DNA of 64,000 nucleotides from Candidatus Aminicenantes bacterium (GTDB lineage Bacteria; Acidobacteriota; Aminicenantia; Aminicenantales; JAFGBC01): NCBI GenBank assembly GCA_963702005.1, contig OY969696.1, positions 992,001 to 1,056,000 of the forward strand, read 5' to 3'. Shown piece by piece: positions 57,345 to 64,000 of this stretch (position 1 is its first letter; each line of letters starts with the position of its first letter). The notes under the pieces were generated by a model. It saw only the letters and a program-made list of their open reading frames with translations, ran no database searches and was not told where the DNA came from. The position numbers and the translations under genes were made by a program.

Positions 57345-59660
57345 ATGAAAACTATTCCCTGGGCAAGACTCATGACGGGATTATTCCTCCTCGTCCTGGC
57401 GATCGCGGTGCCGGGCTGCTCGCGGCGGCGGGATGCCGTCAAAGAATTGGCGAATTACGACGTCGTATGGGATCGTCCCGGGAACGATTCCAAGGGATCG
57501 ATGCCCGTCGGAAACGGCGATATCGGCTTGAATGTCTGGGCCGAGGCGGACAGCGGATCCGTCTGCTTCTATATCGGTAAAACCGACGCATGGGATGAAA
57601 GCGGGCGGCTGCTGAAATTGTCGAAAGTAAGGGTCCGGCTCGATCCCAACCCGTTTCGCCCGGGCGCGATCTTCCGGCAAAGGCTGAACCTGCGCGAGGC
57701 CGCCATCGAGGTCGAGGGGGGCGAAGGCCGAACCGGGGCGCGCATTCGGGTCTGGGTCGACGCGAATGAACCGGTCATCCGGATCGAGCTTCATGTCCCG
57801 GAAGGCTGCCGGGTGGCGGTCGGCATCGAACCCTGGCGGCTGAAGCCCGAGGTCCTCAAGGACGAGCTCGTCAGCGGCTTGAACTATTATGCGAACCTGT
57901 TCGGCCCCACCGTCGTCCAGCCCGACACGGTCCTCGATCATCCTTCGAACCGGGTCGTCTGGTATCACCGGAACCCCGAAACTCCGTCCTTTCTGAAAAA
58001 CGTCTCGATGCAGGGTCTGGAGAGTTTTCCGTTCGCCGATCCCCTCAAGGACAGGATCTTCGGCGGCGTCATGGAGGGCGAAGGGTTCATTCAGCAGGAC
58101 GATAAAACCTTGACCGCCTCGACGGGGACGACGAGACGTCTGAACATCCACGTCTTGACGCGCCAGCCCGATACTCCGGAGAATTGGCTGGATGCCGTCG
58201 AAGAACTGCTCCTCCATGTTCGGCAGAAGGGTTGGGCCGAAGCCCGGGCGGCGCACGTCGCCTGGTGGAATGAATTCTGGAATCGCAGCTGGATTTTCGT
58301 CCGGAGCGGCGCTTCGCTGAAGACGACTCAAGGAACGGAAAACGAAGGCCTGGTCGTGACCCGCGCGTATATCCTGCAGCGCTTCATCAGCGCCTGCGCG
58401 GGGAGGGGAAGGTATCCCATCAAGTTCAACGGCTCGATCTTCACCGTTGACGCCGAAGGCACGGAAGGCTTCGCCGATTATCGCCGCTGGGGGCCCGGCT
58501 ACTGGTGGCAAAACACCCGGCTGCCGTATATGTCGATGGCCGCGGCGGGGGACTTCGACCTCATGCAGCCGTTTTTCAAGATGTATGCCGGCCTCCTCCC
58601 GCTCTGCCGCTATCGAACCCGGCTTTATTTCGGACATGACGGGGTTTATTTTCCGGAATGCATCTATTTCTGGGGGACGGTCTTCACCGAAACCTGGGGC
58701 GACAAGCCTCTGGCCGAGATGCCCGAGCGAATCCAAGCCAGCGGCTGGCACAAGTACGAATGGGTCGGCGGGCTGGAGATGGCGGTCCAGATGTTCGACT
58801 ATTATCTCTACACCCAGGACCCGGCCTTTCTCCAAGCAACGCTGCTGCCCTTCGCGGAGGCCGTGCTGACCTTTTTCGACGAGCATTACGGCGTCGACAA
58901 AAACGGGCGCCTCAAACTCTTCCCCTCCCAGGCCCTCGAAACCTGGTGGGACTGTACGAACGCCATGCCCGAGGTCGCCGGCCTGCGCTATCTGATCCTG
59001 AAGTTGAAAACGCTGCCCGCCGGCCTTCTCTCTCCGGGCCGGAAAAACCTGCTCGACCGTCTGGAATCGAAGCTGCCGCCGATCCCGACGCGCGAGGTCG
59101 ACGGGAAGCTGATGCTGGCGCCGGCCGAACGGTTCGCCAAAAAGCAGAACATCGAAAATCCCGAGCTGTATGCCGTCTATCCCTTCAGGCTTTTCGGGAC
59201 TGGGAAGCCCGGTCTCGAACTGGCCGTCCGGGCCCTGGACAACCGCCAGGACATGGGGCATTTCGGATGGAGGCAGGACGACCTCTTCATGGCCCTCCTC
59301 GGATTGACCGACCGGGCCAGGAAAGGGCTGACGGAACGCGCCGGGAAGTGGGATCGAAAACAGCTCTTTCCCGCTTTTTGGGGACCTAACTACGATTGGA
59401 CCCCGGACCAGGATCACGGCGGCGTTTTAACCAAGACCCTTCAGGTCATGCTGCTGCAGTGCGAGGACAAAGACATCCGGCTGCTCCCGGCCTGGCCGGC
59501 GGACTGGGACGCCGATTTCAAGCTCCGGGCGCCCTACAACACGATCCTGGAAGGCCGGGTGCGCGCGGGGAAAATCGTCAAACTCGGGGTGACCCCGCGT
59601 TCGCGCCGCCTCGACATCAAAGAAGACTCCGCATCCGGGACGAAGGCGAAAGGGAATTGA
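57345..59660 (+). CDS. GH95-like glycoside hydrolase (DUF5703), probable lipoprotein
   Basis: SMPVGNGDIGLNVW, PIKFNGSIFT, YWWQNTRLPY, ENPELYAVYPF, IRLLPAWPADWD; VPGC lipobox-like. Confidence 0.85.
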   Translation: MKTIPWARLMTGLFLLVLAIAVPGCSRRRDAVKELANYDVVWDRPGNDSKGSMPVGNGDIGLNVWAEADSGSVCFYIGKTDAWDESGRLLKLSKVRVRLDPNPFRPGAIFRQRLNLREAAIEVEGGEGRTGARIRVWVDANEPVIRIELHVPEGCRVAVGIEPWRLKPEVLKDELVSGLNYYANLFGPTVVQPDTVLDHPSNRVVWYHRNPETPSFLKNVSMQGLESFPFADPLKDRIFGGVMEGEGFIQQDDKTLTASTGTTRRLNIHVLTRQPDTPENWLDAVEELLLHVRQKGWAEARAAHVAWWNEFWNRSWIFVRSGASLKTTQGTENEGLVVTRAYILQRFISACAGRGRYPIKFNGSIFTVDAEGTEGFADYRRWGPGYWWQNTRLPYMSMAAAGDFDLMQPFFKMYAGLLPLCRYRTRLYFGHDGVYFPECIYFWGTVFTETWGDKPLAEMPERIQASGWHKYEWVGGLEMAVQMFDYYLYTQDPAFLQATLLPFAEAVLTFFDEHYGVDKNGRLKLFPSQALETWWDCTNAMPEVAGLRYLILKLKTLPAGLLSPGRKNLLDRLESKLPPIPTREVDGKLMLAPAERFAKKQNIENPELYAVYPFRLFGTGKPGLELAVRALDNRQDMGHFGWRQDDLFMALLGLTDRARKGLTERAGKWDRKQLFPAFWGPNYDWTPDQDHGGVLTKTLQVMLLQCEDKDIRLLPAWPADWDADFKLRAPYNTILEGRVRAGKIVKLGVTPRSRRLDIKEDSASGTKAKGN

Positions 59661-59662
59661 TC

Positions 59663-61240
59663 ATGCCGGGAACAGCCCAGGGATCCTTGACCCGCCGGGA
59701 ACTCATCAGGCTCGGCCTTTCGAGCGCCGCGCTGTCCTGCTTGAACGGCCGCTGCAAAAAAACGACCGGCGGGAGCACGCCGGACCAGCCAAAGCCGCAG
59801 CCTCAACCCGTTTACCAGCTGACCGACGGCAAATCCTTGTACGACGATTTCGACGGGAACGGCTGCCTGCAGAGCTATGACAGCCAAAACCTGGCGGAAG
59901 CGGGCCGGCTCAACTCCAAGATCTGGTCGGCCTGGACGGGGTACGGAACGGCCGATGTCGTGCCGTCGCCGCTGGCGAGCGGTCTGCTGACCGTCGTCGA
60001 TGAAAACGGCCAAAGAGTCGAGTACGGCTGGCAGGACCGGGCCGTCCAGGAGATCGTCAGCTACCTCGTCGAGAATCCCAGGCCCGTGACGGCTTTCGAG
60101 AGGGACGTCCTCCAACGGCTGCTCAACGATCGAGGGAAAGCGGCCGTGGCCGGCCTCGAGGCGAGAGAGCTCGACATCCAGGTCAAGATCATTCAGTATC
60201 TCCTCAACTTCAGGGATGAACTGTTCAACGAGCGGGGGCGGGCTCTGGTCACCGCGCTATCCGAAATGGAATCCGGCGGCCTGGCGCGCGAGGGATTGCT
60301 GAAGTTGGCCAAGCGGGGCTTCGACGAGACGGAGCTGTTCGTCGTCAGCCAGCTCGCCGCCGAAAAACGGCTCTATGACAGCCTCCAGAAGTCCCCTGTC
60401 CGCAAGGCGCTCGGGGCGGGACAGCACATCGTTCGGACCGCCCTCGGATGGCGAACCGAACGGCAGGAGATCAAGTACGTGTTCGATGCCGCTGGCAGGC
60501 TTATCGACGCCGTCCCGCACGTCGCCGGGCAGCCTTATCACGGCTCTCAAAAGCTCCTCTGGTTGGGCGCCAAGGACGGCTTCCTTAAGAGCGGGAACGG
60601 GTCCTGTCTCATCCGAAAGGGCCGTGTCTATGCCGAGGCCCGGCTCCTTCAAGCGGCCGGCCGCGGATATGTCCTCGAGATGACGAACAGCCTCCTGATG
60701 GGCATGCCCTGCAACTGCTGCTGGCCGACCAAGGTCGAGTTCGCGGACAGCAAGTCCTTCAGCGCCGACGTCCTGCTCTCCTCCCAATCGACCACCCGGC
60801 GCCATTACGCCGTGCTGGATTATCACACGACCATCCCCGAGCAGCCGCCGGGAAAAAGCTGGCTCATTCAGATCGGGATCGGCACGGTCCAGGGGACCGC
60901 TCTCCACCTCGTCTGCCAATGCTGCAACGTGAACACGGGCTACCGCTTTTTCAAGTACCTGGGCGAGGCCCAGCTCGACCGCTGGTACAACCTCCGCTTC
61001 GACATCGTCACCGCCAAGGACGACAGCTCCCTCAAGGCCACCGAGCTCCGGGTCGATTTCTATGTCGACGGGATTTTGTTGGCGTCGGAAATTCCCGAAG
61101 ACAGCGAGCTTCTCCTCGACTCGGCCCGGACGGGCGCCGGACCCACGCGGATCATCTCGGTCAACAACGAGGAAGAGAACCGAACCAGCGTCGCTTTCTT
61201 CGACAACGTCAGGGCGGTCTATAAAAACCGGATAAGCTGA
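59663..61240 (+). CDS. Tat-signal protein with concanavalin/LamG-like jelly-roll segments
   Basis: LTRRELIRLG twin-arginine motif; LYDDFDG, WYNLRFDI, VDFYVDG, FFDNVRA. Confidence 0.75.
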   Translation: MPGTAQGSLTRRELIRLGLSSAALSCLNGRCKKTTGGSTPDQPKPQPQPVYQLTDGKSLYDDFDGNGCLQSYDSQNLAEAGRLNSKIWSAWTGYGTADVVPSPLASGLLTVVDENGQRVEYGWQDRAVQEIVSYLVENPRPVTAFERDVLQRLLNDRGKAAVAGLEARELDIQVKIIQYLLNFRDELFNERGRALVTALSEMESGGLAREGLLKLAKRGFDETELFVVSQLAAEKRLYDSLQKSPVRKALGAGQHIVRTALGWRTERQEIKYVFDAAGRLIDAVPHVAGQPYHGSQKLLWLGAKDGFLKSGNGSCLIRKGRVYAEARLLQAAGRGYVLEMTNSLLMGMPCNCCWPTKVEFADSKSFSADVLLSSQSTTRRHYAVLDYHTTIPEQPPGKSWLIQIGIGTVQGTALHLVCQCCNVNTGYRFFKYLGEAQLDRWYNLRFDIVTAKDDSSLKATELRVDFYVDGILLASEIPEDSELLLDSARTGAGPTRIISVNNEEENRTSVAFFDNVRAVYKNRIS

Positions 61241-61371
61241 GGGATCCGAACGCCGTGCTGGATTATCACACGACTGGATGATTCCGCATGATTTTCAGAC
61301 CTGCGCCAAAAATCAAGAAACCAATCCCTAGCGTCTACCAAAAACTCAGCTTTTAGAAACTTATTAACTGG

Positions 61372-63051
61372 TTATTGGCTTAAGGCTCGTTTATTTTTCT
61401 TGCGCCAGGCCAGCCAGACCATGAGCACGGTGACCAGGATCAAACCGATGACCATGGCGCGCGCCCCCCAGAGATAGGGATGACGGCTTTGTTCCTCGCC
61501 CTTCATGAGGAACTTGCCGATGGCATCCTGGTATATCCAGCCACCCAGGACCACCATCATGTAGACCGGGGTGACGTATTTCAGGATGAATTTAAAGATT
61601 TTCGGCACTTTCAGGTCGGCGCCCTGGTGCATTTCTTCCCAACCCTTCTTAACGCCGAAAATCCAGGAAAAGAGGACGATCTCGATGGTGGCGAAAACGA
61701 CCAAGCCGAAGGTGCCGGCCCAGAAATCGATCTCGTCCAGGAAGCCGAACTTGAAGAAGACGACAACCAGCGCCGTACAGGCCACCATGACGGCGAACAC
61801 CGTGTTCACCGCTTTGGTGCGTTTCCACTTGAATTCGTCCTCCAGGAAGGCGATGGCCGGCGAGGTCAAGGCCACCGATGAGGTGATGCCGGCGATGAAG
61901 AGCAGGAAAAACCACATGGCACCTAAAATCTGGCCCATGGGGATCTTCTGGAAGATGACCGGCAGGGACTGGAAGCCCAGGTTGAAGGCCCCCTCGCTGG
62001 CGATGAGCTTGGTCTCGACCACGCCGAAAAAGGCCACGGCCACCGGGATGGCGATGGTGCCGCCCAGGATGACCTCGGCGAATTCGTTGGTCATAGAGGT
62101 GGTCAGGCCGTTCAGCGTGACATCGTCCTTTTCGCGCAGGTAGGAGGCGTAGGTGTTGATGATGCCCTGGCCCAAGCTCAGGGTGAAGAAGATCTGCCCG
62201 GCCGCCACCAGCCAGACCGTGGCCCGGCTGAGCTGGCTGAAATCGGGGTTCCACATGAAACCCATGCCGGCGCCCACGGAGGAGACGCCCGAAGCCGGGG
62301 CGCCCAGGGTCAGCACGCGGACAGCCAAAACGATGCCGAAAATGAACAGGACCGGCATGCCGATCTTGGCCAGAACTTCGATGCCTTTGGATATGCCTTT
62401 GCGCAGGAAATAGTAATTCAGGAAAATAGTAATGGCCAGAAAAACAAAGAGCGGCAGCCAGGAGGCGAAGAACTGGTTGTGCTCCACCGCCTGGAAGCCG
62501 CGCAGGAACCGGCCCATGGCGTCGCGCGTCGTCAAGCCGAAATATTTGCCGGTGCCCGAGAACCAGGCGAAGCCCAGCGTCCAGGACTCGATGAAATTAT
62601 AATAAACCACGATGAGAAACGGCAGGGAGATGCCCAGGGCGCCGAGGTACTTGGCGGCCGGGTGCTTCCACAGCAACTCGAACATGCCGGGTGTGGTGCC
62701 GTGGCCGTGGACGCCGCCGTGGCGGCCTATGGACCATTCCACCCACATCAGCGGGACGCCCAGGAAAATCAGGGCGCAGAAATAGGGGATCATGAAGGCG
62801 CCGCCGCCGTTGGCTGCCGCCTTGACCGGGAAGCGCAGAAAATTGCCCAGGCCGATGGCGTTGCCGGCCATGGCCAGGATTAGGCCGATGCGCGAAGCCC
62901 AATGGGCCCGGCCGCCGATTCCAACCGGCCCGGCATCTTTCTTCTTCTTGGCCAGCAGCACGCGGCTGAAGCAATAAATCAGTACTACCAGGATCACTCC
63001 CCAGGCTGCGGCCAGGGAGATCCAGCCCCAGAAGTTCAGTCCTTGGCTAAT
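61372..63051 (-). CDS. Sodium-dependent transporter, NSS/SNF (LeuT-like) family, with extra N-terminal membrane segment
   Basis: WASRIGLILAMAGNAIGLGNFLRFP, GGGAFMIPY, QIFFTLSLG. Start is probably ATT 63051; the track uses GTG 62997. Confidence 0.92.
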   Translation of the reverse strand: MSQGLNFWGWISLAAAWGVILVVLIYCFSRVLLAKKKKDAGPVGIGGRAHWASRIGLILAMAGNAIGLGNFLRFPVKAAANGGGAFMIPYFCALIFLGVPLMWVEWSIGRHGGVHGHGTTPGMFELLWKHPAAKYLGALGISLPFLIVVYYNFIESWTLGFAWFSGTGKYFGLTTRDAMGRFLRGFQAVEHNQFFASWLPLFVFLAITIFLNYYFLRKGISKGIEVLAKIGMPVLFIFGIVLAVRVLTLGAPASGVSSVGAGMGFMWNPDFSQLSRATVWLVAAGQIFFTLSLGQGIINTYASYLREKDDVTLNGLTTSMTNEFAEVILGGTIAIPVAVAFFGVVETKLIASEGAFNLGFQSLPVIFQKIPMGQILGAMWFFLLFIAGITSSVALTSPAIAFLEDEFKWKRTKAVNTVFAVMVACTALVVVFFKFGFLDEIDFWAGTFGLVVFATIEIVLFSWIFGVKKGWEEMHQGADLKVPKIFKFILKYVTPVYMMVVLGGWIYQDAIGKFLMKGEEQSRHPYLWGARAMVIGLILVTVLMVWLAWRKKNKRALSQ

Positions 63052-63156
63052 GTTCGTGCCTCCTCAATAGGAAAAAATGTTAGTCAATCGGGAAAACTTT
63101 GTCAAGCGGCTGAACGAGTACAAACGGACCGTCTCCATCCGCCGGTCCGCGACGTA

Positions 63157-63186
63157 TTGACAGGGGCCGTGCCAGACTCCTACAAT
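63157..63186 (+). promoter_or_regulatory. sigma70 promoter
   Basis: TTGACA-18-TACAAT. Confidence 0.55.
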
Positions 63187-63221
63187 TAGGCCACGGCCGA
63201 ACGCGGCCGGGAGGGAACACC

Positions 63222-64000
63222 ATGAAGGGAAAAAGAGCCGGATTCTTTCTTTTAATTATCGGTCTATCCGTCACTCTAAGCGTATCGACTTCGGCATCGA
63301 TGCCGTCCGCTCGGCTTGTGCCGGCCGGCGCCGGAGCCGACGCGCCGCTTTATTTCGTCCCCAACCGGGGACAGACCTCGCCGGAAGTCCTTTTCTACGC
63401 GCAGCAGCCCGGGATGACGCTGTGGCTGACCAAACGGGGCTTGGTGTTCGACCGGACGGACCCGACGCCCGACGGGCCGCATCGCTCCGTCTCGAGGCTG
63501 ACATTCCAGGGAGGCCGTCCAGAGGCCAAGGTCACGGCCCTGGACCCAACCCCCTACGCGGTCAGCTATTTTTACGGCGCGGACGAGGCAGGTTGGCGGA
63601 CCGGTCTGCCGACGTCTGGGGCGGTCCTCTACCGGAACCTCTACGACGGCATTGACCTCAAACTCTACGGGAACGGCCGCCGGATCGAATACGACTGGAT
63701 CGTCCGGCCGGGCGCGGACCCCGCCCGGATCCGCTTTGCTTGGGAGGGGGATCGGCCGGCCGGCCTGGACGCCGAGGGCAACCTCGTCTTCGGGACGATT
63801 CGGAACGGCTTCAAGATGCTCAAGCCCGAAACTTACCAGGTGATCGCCGGCCGGAGAGTGGAGGTCGCCTCGTCCTTCCGCGAGCTCGAAAAGGGCCTGT
63901 TCGGGTTCGAGGTCGCCGCCTATGATCGGGACAACGCCCTGATCATCGATCCTCTTGTCATCCTCTATTGGACTTATCTCGGCGGCCGGGGCCTGGAATG
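63222..64000 (+). CDS. SBBP-repeat protein, 5' part (runs off window end)
   Basis: GGAGGG RBS, ATG 63222, MKGKRAGFFLLIIG...PLYFVPNRGQ...LYDGIDLKLYG..IEYDW...LIIDPLVILYWTYLGG. Confidence 0.88.
   Translation, partial: MKGKRAGFFLLIIGLSVTLSVSTSASMPSARLVPAGAGADAPLYFVPNRGQTSPEVLFYAQQPGMTLWLTKRGLVFDRTDPTPDGPHRSVSRLTFQGGRPEAKVTALDPTPYAVSYFYGADEAGWRTGLPTSGAVLYRNLYDGIDLKLYGNGRRIEYDWIVRPGADPARIRFAWEGDRPAGLDAEGNLVFGTIRNGFKMLKPETYQVIAGRRVEVASSFRELEKGLFGFEVAAYDRDNALIIDPLVILYWTYLGGRGLE

Overview
GC-rich bacterial DNA. The gene content (GWxTD proteins, SBBP beta-propellers, carboxypeptidase-regulatory-domain TonB receptor, TPR-fused Hanks kinases) suggests Aminicenantia/Acidobacteriota; this assignment is inference. 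Most genes encode secreted or envelope proteins. I saw no rRNA, tRNA or CRISPR. Highlights: (1) a five-gene operon (535-9977) of paralogous, signal-peptide-bearing proteins of unknown family. They share a core and carry different accessory modules (carbohydrate-binding-like N-terminus, TPR insertion, aromatic hairpin), so they are a candidate hetero-oligomeric secreted, possibly pore-forming, machine. (2) About 9-10 co-oriented, decayed copies of one RRM RNA-binding-protein gene and its terminator lie between unrelated passenger genes from 10 to 43 kb, giving a cassette-like array. (3) A selenoprotein missed by the ORF track: signal peptide, UxxC thioredoxin and TPRs, with an in-frame TGA at 21502 and an fdhF-like SECIS hairpin 11 nt downstream. 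(4) Non-autonomous IS200/IS605-like palindromic elements, one of which supplies the -35 box of the selenoprotein promoter. (5) A GSU2403-type nucleotidyltransferase gene bracketed by two copies of a palindromic-arm site. (6) An NSS transporter with a probable ATT start and a fused small membrane peptide.
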